From the NCBI RefSeq assembly GCF_001936115.1, contig NZ_MPDM01000001.1, positions 146,123 to 210,122 of the forward strand: DNA of 64,000 nt, given 5' to 3'. Positions 32,820 through 42,775 of this stretch are shown here, piece after piece. Positions within the stretch are counted from its first letter, which is position 1, and each line of letters begins with the position of its first letter. The position numbers were made by a program, and so were the translations under genes. The stretch comes from Boudabousia marimammalium (GTDB taxonomy: Bacteria > Actinomycetota > Actinomycetes > Actinomycetales > Actinomycetaceae). The notes under the pieces were generated by a model that saw only the letters and a program-made list of their open reading frames with translations, searched no databases and was not told the DNA's origin.

Positions 32820-34973
32820 TTAGAGCATGCAAGAGACGCAGTTATCTACTTCGGTGCCCTGCAGCGCCATCTGTCGCAGGCGAATGTAGTACAGCGTCTT
32901 GATGCCCTTACGCCAAGCGTAAATCTGCGCCTTGTTCAAATCACGTGTAGTCACATTGTCCGGGAAGAACAATGTCAGTGACAGACCCTGATCCACGTGC
33001 TGGGTAGCTACCGCGTAGGTATCAATAATGGCTTCCGGGCCAATCTGGTAGGCGTCCCGGTAGTATTCCATGTTGTCGTTAGTCATATATGGCGCCGGGT
33101 AGTAGACGCGGCCAATCTTGCCTTCCTTACGGATTTCAATCTTGGAAGCAATCGGGTGAATCGACGACGTGGAGTTATTAATGTAGGAGATGGAGCCGGT
33201 CGGCGGAATAGCCTGCAGGTTCTGGTTGTACATGCCGTACTCGTGTACGTCAGCGGCCAGCTGCTTCCAATCCTCCTGGGTGGGAATCTCCACACCAAAC
33301 TGCTCGAACATGTCCCGCACCCGGTCAGTGGCAGGCACCCATTCCTGGGTCACGTACTTTTCAAAGTACTTGCCGCTGTAGTAGTCGGAACGCTCGAAAC
33401 CATCGAAGCTCTCCCCCCGCTCACGCGCAATCTGGTTCGAAGCCTTAATGGCATGGTAGACCACGGTGTAGAAGTACATGTTGGTGAAGTCCAAGGCTTC
33501 CTCGGAGCCGTAATGAATATGCTCACGGGCCAAGAAACCATGCAGGTTCATCTGCCCCAAACCAATCGCGTGGCTCATGGCGTTACCGCGGGCAATCGGC
33601 GGAACCGCCTGCACATTGGACTGGTCAGAAACCGCAGTCAGGGCGCGAATCGCCACGTTCACGGCCTCACCAATATTGCCTGAATCCATCACCTTCGCAA
33701 TGTTCAAGGAGCCCAGGTTGCAGGAAATATCCTTACCCACCTTCGCGTAGGTGAGATCCTCATTCAGTTCCGAGGCTTCCGAGACCTGCAAGATTTCGGA
33801 GCACAGGTTCGACATGATGATGCGGCCATCAATCGGGTTCGCCTTATTGACGGTGTCCTCGAACAGAATGTACGGGTAGCCGGACTCGAACTGGATTTCC
33901 GCAATCGTCTGGAAGAACTTACGGGCCTTAATTTTCCTCTTGCGGATGCGGCCATCGTCCACCATTTCACGGTAGTGCTCAGTCACGGAAATATCAGACA
34001 GCGGCTTACCGTAGACGCGCTCCACATCATAAGGGCTGAAGAGGTACATGTCCTCATTCTTCTTCGCCAGCTCGAAAGTAATATCCGGAATGACAACACC
34101 CAAAGACAAAGACTTAATCCGGATCTTCTCATCCGCGTTCTCACGCTTCGTATCCAAGAACGCCATAATGTCCGGGTGGTGGGCGTGCAGGTAAACCGCG
34201 CCCGCACCCTGACGGGCACCCAGCTGGTTAGCGTAGCTGAAGGAATCTTCCAGAATCTTCATCACCGGAATCACGCCAGAGGACTGGTTTTCAATCTTCT
34301 TAATCGGGGCACCAGATTCCCGCAGATTCGTCAACGACAACGCCACGCCACCGCCACGCTTAGACAACTGCAGTGAAGCATTCACGGCCCGGGAGATCGA
34401 CTCCATGTTATCTTCCACGCGCACCAAGAAGCAGGAAATCAGTTCGCCACGCTGCGCCTTACCGGCGTTCAAGAAGGTCGGCGTAGCAGGCTGGAAACGA
34501 CCGGAGAGCATCTCATCAACCAGGCGCTCAGCCAGCCGCTCATCCCCCTCGGCCAAAGTCAACGCAACCATGCAAACCCGGTCCTCAAAGCGTTCCAGGT
34601 AGCGGCGTCCGTCGAAAGTCTTCAGGGTGTAGGAAGTGTAGTATTTGAAGGCGCCGAGGAAGGTCGGGAAGCGGAACTTCTTCGCGTAAGCCCGCTGATA
34701 CAGCGACTTAATGAAGTCGAAGTTGTAGCGCTCCAGTACCTCAGGCTCGTAGTACTTTTCCTCCACCAGGTAGTCCAGTTTCTCCTGCAGGTTATGGAAG
34801 AAAACCGTGTTCTGGTTGACGTGCTGCAAGAAGTACTGGCGGGCGGCCTGACGGTCCGCGTCGAACTGGATCTTGCCGTCCTTGTCGTAGAGGTTCAGCT
34901 GCGCGTTTAGCGCATGGTAATCGACCTCATCTGGGATCTTCTCTACGCCGGTATCTGTGAGATTTTCTGCCAA
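32820..34973 (-). CDS. nrdE: Class Ib ribonucleotide reductase alpha subunit
   Basis: It is 717 aa with RNR large-subunit motifs and follows nrdI and nrdH. Confidence 0.9.
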   Translation of the reverse strand: MAENLTDTGVEKIPDEVDYHALNAQLNLYDKDGKIQFDADRQAARQYFLQHVNQNTVFFHNLQEKLDYLVEEKYYEPEVLERYNFDFIKSLYQRAYAKKFRFPTFLGAFKYYTSYTLKTFDGRRYLERFEDRVCMVALTLAEGDERLAERLVDEMLSGRFQPATPTFLNAGKAQRGELISCFLVRVEDNMESISRAVNASLQLSKRGGGVALSLTNLRESGAPIKKIENQSSGVIPVMKILEDSFSYANQLGARQGAGAVYLHAHHPDIMAFLDTKRENADEKIRIKSLSLGVVIPDITFELAKKNEDMYLFSPYDVERVYGKPLSDISVTEHYREMVDDGRIRKRKIKARKFFQTIAEIQFESGYPYILFEDTVNKANPIDGRIIMSNLCSEILQVSEASELNEDLTYAKVGKDISCNLGSLNIAKVMDSGNIGEAVNVAIRALTAVSDQSNVQAVPPIARGNAMSHAIGLGQMNLHGFLAREHIHYGSEEALDFTNMYFYTVVYHAIKASNQIARERGESFDGFERSDYYSGKYFEKYVTQEWVPATDRVRDMFEQFGVEIPTQEDWKQLAADVHEYGMYNQNLQAIPPTGSISYINNSTSSIHPIASKIEIRKEGKIGRVYYPAPYMTNDNMEYYRDAYQIGPEAIIDTYAVATQHVDQGLSLTLFFPDNVTTRDLNKAQIYAWRKGIKTLYYIRLRQMALQGTEVDNCVSCML

Positions 34974-35359
34974 AACTTACTCAATCCTTCTTGGACTTTC
35001 TGAACATCCTCAGGGGTTCCAAGGAGTTCGAACTTGTACATGTGGGGGACCCCAAGCTTTTTGGCGACAATGTCACCAGCCAGCCCGAAAGCGGGGCCAA
35101 AGTTAGTATTTCCAGCGGAAATGACGCCGCGACAAAGCGACCGGTTGTGCTCATCGTTTAGGAACGCAATCACCTGTTTCGGGACTGCCCCACTAATTTT
35201 TCCGCCCCCGTAAGTGGGAACAATCAACACGAACGGCTCATCAACCCGTAAGAAAGGGTCATTGCGACGCAGAGGAATCCGCAAGGCGGGCATCCCCAGC
35301 TTCATGACGAAACGGTGGGTGTTATTGGTGGCGGAAGAGAAATACACGATTTGCGGCAT
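34943..35359 (-). CDS. nrdI: Flavodoxin-like NrdI
   Basis: It has the N-terminal VYFSSxTGNT-like motif [10 protein letters not shown]. Confidence 0.85.
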   Translation of the reverse strand: MPQIVYFSSATNNTHRFVMKLGMPALRIPLRRNDPFLRVDEPFVLIVPTYGGGKISGAVPKQVIAFLNDEHNRSLCRGVISAGNTNFGPAFGLAGDIVAKKLGVPHMYKFELLGTPEDVQKVQEGLSKFWQKISQIPA

Positions 35360-35389
35360 GCTTATCCCTCCCTAGTTCCAAAACGTTGG

Positions 35390-35635
35390 TCAGCCGTTAG
35401 CCACTGCGGAGGCCTGCGCAACCTGCTTAATCAGGTCGGGGCGGAAGCCCGCCCAGTTCAGGTCGCCGGCAACTACGACGGGGGCCTGTGCGTGGCCGAG
35501 AGAGCGGACGAAATCCAAAGCTTCAGCATCGGTGGAGATGTCAACCGTTGAGTAGCTGACGCCCTGCTTGTCCAAGGCCCGGTAGGTGGCCGTGCACTGT
35601 ACACAGTTCGGCTTGCTGTAAACGGTGATCGTCAT
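35390..35635 (-). CDS. nrdH: Glutaredoxin-like NrdH
   Basis: It has a CVQC active site and is 81 aa. Confidence 0.8.
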   Translation of the reverse strand: MTITVYSKPNCVQCTATYRALDKQGVSYSTVDISTDAEALDFVRSLGHAQAPVVVAGDLNWAGFRPDLIKQVAQASAVANG

Positions 35636-35749
35636 GGTGACTCTCCTTCTTCGTGGGCCGTTTCAACGCTGGGGGCGCGACCCGTTTCCATCTCATTTTC
35701 GTCTTTGGTTGATTCGGTGACAGCTACCTAGCTATCTCTTGAACCAACA

Positions 35750-35808
35750 CGCAGAACACTACACCTAGTGGTTGAACTTTGCTACTACCCCAATATGTCG
35801 TGTCGCAC
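35750..35808 (-). promoter_or_regulatory. Two candidate NrdR boxes (imperfect palindromes ACACTACACCTAGTG and CGACACGACATATTGG) upstream of nrdH
   Basis: The palindromes resemble the NrdR box consensus (acaCwAtATaTwGtgt) and are about 3 helical turns apart. Confidence 0.3.
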
Positions 35809-36104
35809 CCATTTTTCCCTTTCTGCCTGTGGGTAGCTTGTGGACAAGTTACACCGATGTGGTTTATTCGAACCATTCCAGTCAATCAGGCAGGCGGGAC
35901 ATTTAAGATGTTTACCGGCCACAAAGCAATTTCCAGCCTCTCAGACCCACCAAAAACACCCGCACACATCCTGTGGATAACTTTATTAACAGGAGGAAAA
36001 AATTGTGAATAACATGACTGTGATTTACTTTCCGACAGCCATCATAAAACCCGCAGCCAACCGCCCATTCTGACAAATTAGCCGACGGGTGTCAGAATGG
36101 CCTC

Positions 36105-37754
36105 TTAGCACTCCACCACGTTGACAGCTAGGCCGCCCACACTGGTTTCCTTGTATTTACTCAACATGTCGCGGCCCGTTTGCCACATTGTTTTAATCGC
36201 CGCATCTAAAGTCACGGTATGCCGCCCATCCCCCCACAGGGCCATCCGCGCCGCGTTAATCGCCTTCACCGCCGCGATTGCGTTACGTTCAATGCACGGC
36301 ACCTGCACTAGCCCCGCCACCGGGTCACAGGTCAGGCCGAGGGAGTGTTCCATCGCGATCTCCGCCGCGTTCTCCACCTGTTGCGGGGTTCCCCCCAGCG
36401 CCTGCGCCAAACCGGCCGCCGCCATGGCAGAAGCAGAACCAACTTCACCCTGGCAACCCACCTCAGCGCCAGCAATCGAAGCATTAGTCTTAATCAAGGC
36501 GCCCACCGCAGTGGAGGCCAGCAGGAAGTCGCGTACCAAATCAACATTCACATGGCCGCGACAATCAGCGCTGCGGACCCGCTCAGCTTCATCCACCGCA
36601 CCCTCCGCCGGATAGCAATCATTGCAATCCTCGTCCCCACACAAGAAACGACCCTCGGGGCAGAAAAACTCCAAATATCCCAATACTGCGGGAATTACCC
36701 CGGCCGCCCCGTTCGTCGGCGCGGTCACCACCCGGTGCCCAGCAGCGTTCTCCTCATTAACTGCCAGCGCGTAAAGATTCACCCATTCCATCGCCCGCAA
36801 CGGGTCATCGAGGGTGGCCGCCCAGCGGTGCTCCTGGGCGGGCTGGCCGAGGCGACGCGACAGCCGATCCGCCATGTAGGGGGCGCGGCGGCGCACGTTC
36901 AAACCGCCCGGCAAGATTCCTTCCCCGCGGCAGCCCGAATCCACACAGGCGTTCATTGCGTCGTAAATATAGTCCAGGTAGTCATTCACTTCGAAAGCTG
37001 AGCGGGCCGCCTCCTCATTCGCGCGCACAATCTGCGCAATCGACAAGCCTGTCTGTTCACAGTGCTCCAGCAGCTGCGCGGCGGTAGAGAACGGGTAGGG
37101 CGCCACCACATCCGCCACCGAAAGTGCTTCCGCAGAAGCAATCGCCTCCACCTCCGGACGGAAAACATCATCATTGGTTTGCGCCATGACGAAGCCACCG
37201 CCCACCGAATAGTAGGTGCGGCGCAGAATCTGCCCTTCCTCTGGTTCCGCACAGTAGCCGTCAGAGCAGCGGGTCAAAGCGGTAATCGTTAAAGCATTCA
37301 CATGGTAGGGCAGGACAATGCTAGGCAGGAAACGCATATCACGTTCTAGGACGTACTCGACCTCTTTACCGCCCAGTAAAGTGAAACGTTCAGACTGGCG
37401 AATCTGGTCAATAATGGTCTTCACCGTCTCCAAATCCACGGTTTGCGGGTCGTGTCCAGCCAATCCCAGCAGGGCCGCCCGGTCGGTGGAGTGTCCCCGG
37501 CCGGTCGCCCCTAAAGAACCAAATAGATCGACCGTCAGATGGGTCGGTTCAGGAGCCCCTTCAGCACACATTTGGGCCAGTTCTTCAGCGAAAGCTAAAC
37601 CGGCCCGCATGGGGCCTACCGTATGCGATGAAGAGGGGCCAACCCCCACCCGGAACATATCAAAAACGCTCAACGGGCGGATTGCGTCTGCTGCTTCCAC
37701 CTCACCGGAGATCAGATCGGCGGGCAGAGAAAACTGACTAGTATTCGATTCCAT
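36105..37754 (-). CDS. sdaA: L-serine dehydratase (single-chain, Fe-S dependent)
   Basis: It has an N-terminal [21 protein letters not shown] motif. Confidence 0.85.
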   Translation of the reverse strand: MESNTSQFSLPADLISGEVEAADAIRPLSVFDMFRVGVGPSSSHTVGPMRAGLAFAEELAQMCAEGAPEPTHLTVDLFGSLGATGRGHSTDRAALLGLAGHDPQTVDLETVKTIIDQIRQSERFTLLGGKEVEYVLERDMRFLPSIVLPYHVNALTITALTRCSDGYCAEPEEGQILRRTYYSVGGGFVMAQTNDDVFRPEVEAIASAEALSVADVVAPYPFSTAAQLLEHCEQTGLSIAQIVRANEEAARSAFEVNDYLDYIYDAMNACVDSGCRGEGILPGGLNVRRRAPYMADRLSRRLGQPAQEHRWAATLDDPLRAMEWVNLYALAVNEENAAGHRVVTAPTNGAAGVIPAVLGYLEFFCPEGRFLCGDEDCNDCYPAEGAVDEAERVRSADCRGHVNVDLVRDFLLASTAVGALIKTNASIAGAEVGCQGEVGSASAMAAAGLAQALGGTPQQVENAAEIAMEHSLGLTCDPVAGLVQVPCIERNAIAAVKAINAARMALWGDGRHTVTLDAAIKTMWQTGRDMLSKYKETSVGGLAVNVVEC

Positions 37755-37875
37755 ACCACTATTGCAACATATCAACGCCGGACCGGCGCGTTAAATCATT
37801 CATGGCAACACTGTCGGCTGGGCACTCCGCGCCCCCTCGGCCCCACCTCGGGAAGCTCACGATAAACTTAAGCTC

Positions 37876-38343
37876 ATGAATGATAAACGCATGAACACTG
37901 AGTCTTTTAATCTTGACCATCGCACGGTGGCGGCGCCTTATGTGCGGGCCGCGGACCGGAAGGTGCTGCCGGGCGGGGATGTCCTCATCAAGTATGATGT
38001 CCGTTTCGCGCAGCCGAATCGGGCGCATATTGACATTCAAGCGGTCCATTCGATTGAGCATATGACGGCGGAGTTCATGCGCAACCATACGGATCGGCTG
38101 ATTGATTTTTCCCCGATGGGTTGCCTCACGGGCTTCTACTGCCTGACATTGGGTTTGGAGTTGGATGAGTTCTTACCGATCCTGGAGGCCAGTTTTAAGG
38201 ATATTTTGGGGGCCGAGGAAGTGCCCGCCGCCAATGAGGTACAGTGCGGTTGGGGCGTTAATCATTCCTTGGAGAAAGCCCAGGCGGCGGTGCGTGATTT
38301 TTTGGCGGCCCGCCCCGAATGGGAGCAGGTTACTAAACAGTAG
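37876..38343 (+). CDS. luxS: S-ribosylhomocysteine lyase
   Basis: It has the HxxEH metal motif (HSIEH). An alternative start is at 37891. Confidence 0.8.
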   Translation: MNDKRMNTESFNLDHRTVAAPYVRAADRKVLPGGDVLIKYDVRFAQPNRAHIDIQAVHSIEHMTAEFMRNHTDRLIDFSPMGCLTGFYCLTLGLELDEFLPILEASFKDILGAEEVPAANEVQCGWGVNHSLEKAQAAVRDFLAARPEWEQVTKQ

Positions 38344-38438
38344 CTACGGTAAGATTCTCTGTCACCCTTAACTGAAACTATTGTCGCAACACTGTGGCCG
38401 CTCTCGGGGTAGTGGTCGCACTTATTCTGGGAGTAACC

Positions 38439-39191
38439 ATGTTTGTACCTGCAACCGACGCCGCGGCTGACAGTCAAAAGTCTTTGCTTGACGCAGTCGT
38501 TATCTGCGCCATGGATTCTGAGGCTGCGCCTTTCTTGGCCATGTCCACCCTCGACCCGAAACCTGACCCACTGAAACCAGATTTTAAGAACGGCAAAGCT
38601 GAGGGCTGGGTCATTAGAATCGGTGAGCATCAGCTGCTGGTGGTGAAGTCCGGGATCGGTATTTCGAATGCTTCAGCGGCCGCCACTTGGGCGATCAACC
38701 TGACGGCAGCGCCCCTCCTGTTCTCTGCTGGTTCTGCTGGCGGTCTGGCCGCTTCGGTGAATGTGGGTGAAGTGATTGTTTCTTCCGCATCCCGCTATTC
38801 TCAAGTGGATGCGACCGCTTTTGGTTATGAAAAGGGCCAGCTCCCGGGTGAGCCCGTCAGCTTTGATTCCCCCGCTGAGCTAGTGAAGCTGGCTACCGAG
38901 AACGGTGGTATTGCCGGCCAGATTATTTCCGCTGACCGTTTCGTCATGTCCGACACGGTGGACAGGTTCCGCACTGATTTCCCGGAGGCTCTAGCGGTGG
39001 ATATGGAGACTGCCGGGCTCGCCCAGGTGGCCAGCCATTTCAACACTCCGTTCATGTCAGTGCGCGGCATCTCTGACCTGTGCGGACCGGCCGCCGACCA
39101 AGATCATCACCGTGAGGTTGATGAGGTCGCAGCCTCTGCCGCGAAGGTAGTTATGGCTGTGATTGACGGCCATAAGGCTGCTCAAAACTAA
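38439..39191 (+). CDS. mtnN: 5'-methylthioadenosine / S-adenosylhomocysteine nucleosidase
   Basis: It has the Pfs motifs VVICAMDSEA and (D)METAGLA. The longer ORF from 38394 adds a hydrophobic N-terminus. Confidence 0.75.
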   Translation: MFVPATDAAADSQKSLLDAVVICAMDSEAAPFLAMSTLDPKPDPLKPDFKNGKAEGWVIRIGEHQLLVVKSGIGISNASAAATWAINLTAAPLLFSAGSAGGLAASVNVGEVIVSSASRYSQVDATAFGYEKGQLPGEPVSFDSPAELVKLATENGGIAGQIISADRFVMSDTVDRFRTDFPEALAVDMETAGLAQVASHFNTPFMSVRGISDLCGPAADQDHHREVDEVAASAAKVVMAVIDGHKAAQN

Positions 39192-39303
39192 AGCTCCGGG
39201 GTTACGGCCGGAGACTTAGAGACGTGAACTGCAACCTATTCGAATATATTTTCCCTTTTGCGTTTGCTAAGAAGCCGGGCTTTCATTTATTATTACTTGG
39301 CAC

Positions 39304-39387
39304 GCGCGAGTGGCGGAATAGGCAGACGCGCACGGTTCAGGTCCGTGTGCCCGAAAGGGCGTGGGGGTTCAACTCCCCCCTCGCGCA
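39304..39387 (+). tRNA. tRNA-Leu (anticodon CAG), long variable arm
   Basis: The cloverleaf was folded by hand. It has a 7-bp acceptor GCGCGAG/CTCGCGC, U8, anticodon stem-loop CACGG-TTCAGGT-CCGTG, T-arm GGGGG-TTCAACT-CCCCC and discriminator A. It is close to E. coli tRNA-Leu(CAG). Confidence 0.8.
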
Positions 39388-39396
39388 CGTGAAAAG

Positions 39397-39438
39397 AATC
39401 GCGGTACTACCGAAGTAGTACCGCGATTCTTATTTTTT
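39397..39438 (+). terminator. Rho-independent terminator after tRNA-Leu (14-bp stem, tetraloop CGAA, tail CTTATTTTTT)
   Basis: Read from the sequence. Confidence 0.6.
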
Positions 39439-39498
39439 GCGCGATTCTTATCTTTGCTCAGGGACTAGCCATCAGCCATTGATGACTACTATGAAGCC

Positions 39499-39798
39499 TC
39501 AGTCGTTGCGATTGTTTTCTTCGCGAACATCAGGGGTAATACCGTACACGCCGTAAATGTAACCGGGCTCAGGAGCATTCCACTGACGACGGAACTGGAA
39601 ACCACCATAGAAAGCCATAGCGAAACCGATTACTGAAACCGGGTATCCGATGTATGCCATGTCGAAACCTGAAAAGAGTACTCCCAGCAGGAAGACTACG
39701 ATTCCAGCAATAAAGATTGCGTAGATTTTCTTATCGGTACGCTTCAACATCTCACCGAGGGAGACATTAGGATCAGCTGTTTGCCCACCCTTTTCCAT
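39499..39798 (-). CDS. Hypothetical small 2-TM membrane protein
   Basis: A 99-aa ORF lying in a lower-GC segment immediately 3' of tRNA-Leu. Confidence 0.4.
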   Translation of the reverse strand: MEKGGQTADPNVSLGEMLKRTDKKIYAIFIAGIVVFLLGVLFSGFDMAYIGYPVSVIGFAMAFYGGFQFRRQWNAPEPGYIYGVYGITPDVREENNRND

Positions 39799-39952
39799 TG
39801 TCGTTTCCTTTCATATATGACAAGAGATGTTCATTTGAACTCTCTATAGTCAGCTTATCGCACGCTTTATGCAAAAATTAAGGAAATCGTGACTAAAAAG
39901 GGCAAATTTTCCCAAAGCAGAATTTGAGATAAAAGGGGGATTCTTCCCTGTT

Positions 39953-40888
39953 TCACAGCCGATTCAGGGGGTCGTCGTCCGCGTCCTCGTCCTCATCTTC
40001 TTCACCCATCTGGTACTTATCCGGGTAACCCACATCGAGGGGGCCGAAATATCCAAAGAGGAGGCTGTCGATTGGGCCGGTCCCCGGCGGGAGTTTCCAG
40101 TGGCGTTGATAGATGAAACCGGAGGCAACCAGCAGGGCAATACCCGCCAAAACCAGTATCAGAACGCCGATCCCTTTAACCTCCAAACCCGCCAAAGCTA
40201 GGCCCAGAATCAGCGAGATCGCACCCGCCACACCGGTAATAATGAAGCTCTTACCGGTTTTCAGCAAAATGTTCTTAGTGGAGGTTTCGTCGAAGATTTT
40301 TTCCTGCTGCTCACGCTCAACTTCTTCGCGGCGACGGGCCTCCCGCTGCAGCTGCGCATACTCCGTGGAATGAGCGGAGAAACCGCGGCCTTCCGGCAGT
40401 ACTTCAGCGGGCTCAAAACCAGCGCGGTCAAAGAAATCCCCCTCAGTCTCCACCCAGTCGGGACGCTCCCCGCTGCGGACCTGCTCAGAGAGCTGAATCA
40501 GCAAATCCCAGAACTGCTCCACGCTGGTGAAACTGGCCAACTCCAAAATGTCTAACTGTAGCTGATAATCTTGCGCGGTCAGCAGCAGGTAGTCAGAAAA
40601 CTGTTTGAACTGGCGTGACCAAAGCGGCTGATTCATTTCCAGGAACAGGGCCGCGGTCGCAATATTATTTTGCAGGGTTTCACGCGGCAGGTCGAGGGCG
40701 GGTAGCGCCTCCACATCAAACTGGTTTACCGCATCAACCATTTCCTGACGATGCTCACGCAGGGTCTGCGGGTCCAGCAGAAGCATCCAAAATACGGGCA
40801 GGCTGTTGTAGGCCTCAAACAGATTGAACTTTTCAGCTTTCCCAGTCTCGGCCGCCTTGGTGGCGGTCAAATAAACCTGTTGTCCCAT
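39953..40888 (-). CDS. Hypothetical protein with C-terminal 2-TM anchor and acidic tail
   Basis: A 311-aa ORF with no recognisable catalytic motif, in a lower-GC segment. Confidence 0.45.
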   Translation of the reverse strand: MGQQVYLTATKAAETGKAEKFNLFEAYNSLPVFWMLLLDPQTLREHRQEMVDAVNQFDVEALPALDLPRETLQNNIATAALFLEMNQPLWSRQFKQFSDYLLLTAQDYQLQLDILELASFTSVEQFWDLLIQLSEQVRSGERPDWVETEGDFFDRAGFEPAEVLPEGRGFSAHSTEYAQLQREARRREEVEREQQEKIFDETSTKNILLKTGKSFIITGVAGAISLILGLALAGLEVKGIGVLILVLAGIALLVASGFIYQRHWKLPPGTGPIDSLLFGYFGPLDVGYPDKYQMGEEDEDEDADDDPLNRL

Positions 40889-40978
40889 AATCTATTCTCT
40901 CTTTACGTCAGTTTTCACGGGGTCTCCCCCACCGCTGCCAGCCCCCGAACCAGGCTGTGGTTCAGCTCGGTCTCAATC

Positions 40979-42007
40979 TTAGCGGCCCAGACGCGGTAAT
41001 AACAGGTTCACCACGCAACCGGTGTGCGCAACATTATTGCTGATGGAAACGCTGCCGCCGTGAGCTTCCACAATGGTTTTCACAATCGCTAAGCCCAGTC
41101 CAGAACCGCCAGAGTTTAATGCTTTACTCCCGGTTTTTTGCGGAGTACGGGCAATATCGCCGCGCCAGCCGGCCGTAAAAATATGTTCCAGTTCTTCCGC
41201 CTGCAAACCGGCGCATTCGTCGGCAACCTGCACCCGCAGGTCCGAACCAACCGCATCCAGCTTCACGGTGACAGTGGAGTCAGTTTTCGTGTACTGAACC
41301 GCGTTCATAATCACGTTCTGGAGGGCTCTTGTCAGCAGCACACCATCACCAATCATGTCTGATTCTGACACTAGGGTTTCACCCTCTAGGCGTACGGTTT
41401 TCGCTTCTGCGACCGGTTCAATCTGGGCGATCAGGTCAGAAACCAAATCGGCTAGACTCACTGCTTCGGTCTGTAGTTTGACCGTACCTGAACGCAGGCT
41501 GGCCATTGCCATCAGATCATTAACCATAACTGTGGTGCGCTGCGCGGATTCAATGATCTGCCCATAGTAGGCTCGCGGGTCTGAGGCAACGCCATCCTCT
41601 AGGGCTTCAGCCATGGCGCGGATCCCGGCCAGTGGCGTACGCAGATCATGAGACAGCCAGGTGATGAGTTCACGGCGGCCTTCCTCGACTTCGCGGCGGC
41701 GGCGCTCAAGTTCCAGTTCGGCTTGCGCCTGCTCCATCATCCGCTGGTTCTTCACCGACACGAAAACCCCCACCAGTAACGCTACCGGCGCGGTCGCCAG
41801 CAGAATCAGCAGGGGCACTTGCACTTCTGACACCAGCATCACTTGCATGCCGACCAGTAGCCCGGCCGCGACCGCCAACACCACGGACAGGGGTGCTAAG
41901 ATAGCTGCCCACCGCACAGATCGGCGGGCCACTCGCAACGTCACGAAGGCGCACAGCAGCCCGGTCAGGAGGGTCGCGGCAATGGCTTCCAGCAAATGAA
42001 TCGTCAT
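40979..42007 (-). CDS. Two-component sensor histidine kinase
   Basis: It has 2 TM segments, the HisKA H-box WLSHDLRTPL and a HATPase_c domain with a G-box. Confidence 0.8.
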   Translation of the reverse strand: MTIHLLEAIAATLLTGLLCAFVTLRVARRSVRWAAILAPLSVVLAVAAGLLVGMQVMLVSEVQVPLLILLATAPVALLVGVFVSVKNQRMMEQAQAELELERRRREVEEGRRELITWLSHDLRTPLAGIRAMAEALEDGVASDPRAYYGQIIESAQRTTVMVNDLMAMASLRSGTVKLQTEAVSLADLVSDLIAQIEPVAEAKTVRLEGETLVSESDMIGDGVLLTRALQNVIMNAVQYTKTDSTVTVKLDAVGSDLRVQVADECAGLQAEELEHIFTAGWRGDIARTPQKTGSKALNSGGSGLGLAIVKTIVEAHGGSVSISNNVAHTGCVVNLLLPRLGR

Positions 42008-42018
42008 TAGTTACTCTT

Positions 42019-42750
42019 TCAGTTTTCTGGCGTCTCGGCGGGTTCCCACCGGTAGCCGCGACCCCAGACAGTGACTAGGCGTTTCGGGGCGGACGCATCC
42101 GCCTCAATCTTGCCGCGCAAGCGCCGCACATGAACCGTCACAGTGGAAGGGTCCCCGTATTCGGAGCCCCAAACTTCCACCATGAGTTTCTCCCGGGAAA
42201 ACACCTCGTTCGGGTGGGTCACCAGAAAGGCCAGCAGGTCATGCTCACGCAGAGTCAAACCGAGCGGCTGACCATCGCGGCTGGCTTTGCCTGCTTTCAG
42301 GTCCAAAGCCAGGTCACCATCTTCAACAATCTGGCGGGTTTCCTCCGCAGACTGCTCATCCTCGGCGCCCCGGCCGCGACGCAAAACCGACTGGATGCGT
42401 AGAACCAGCTCACGTGGGCTGAAGGGTTTAGTCAGGTAGTCGTCCGCACCCAGCTCGAAGCCGAGGATGCGGTCAGCTTCCTCCCCGCGGGCAGTCAACA
42501 TGACTACCGCGGAGTTCACTTGGCTTTGGCGCAGGCGCCGGAACACTTCCAGACCGTCAATATGCGGCAACATCAGGTCCAGGACCAGCAGGTCGTAGCC
42601 GCCGGTGCGGGCCATCTCTAAGCCCTGCAAGCCGTCGCTGGCCTGATCGACCTCCATCCCGGAGGCTTTCAGGTAGTCAGCGACCACTCCGCGCACTGTG
42701 GAATCGTCATCTACAACAAGAATCTTTGGCACACCCCCATCATATTCCAT
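42019..42750 (-). CDS. OmpR-family response regulator
   Basis: It has the receiver domain motif KILVVDDD and a winged-helix C-terminus. The probable ATG is at 42750. Confidence 0.8.
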   Translation of the reverse strand: MEYDGGVPKILVVDDDSTVRGVVADYLKASGMEVDQASDGLQGLEMARTGGYDLLVLDLMLPHIDGLEVFRRLRQSQVNSAVVMLTARGEEADRILGFELGADDYLTKPFSPRELVLRIQSVLRRGRGAEDEQSAEETRQIVEDGDLALDLKAGKASRDGQPLGLTLREHDLLAFLVTHPNEVFSREKLMVEVWGSEYGDPSTVTVHVRRLRGKIEADASAPKRLVTVWGRGYRWEPAETPEN

Positions 42751-42775
42751 GAGGGTGAAGCCGCGGACCTCAGGA

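Noticed and set aside
35779-36012. 77-aa ORF in the nrdH–sdaA intergenic region
   Set aside because: The region is AT-rich and regulatory, containing a DnaA box and a repeated TTATTAACAGG motif. The ORF has no ribosome-binding site and its sequence is implausible.
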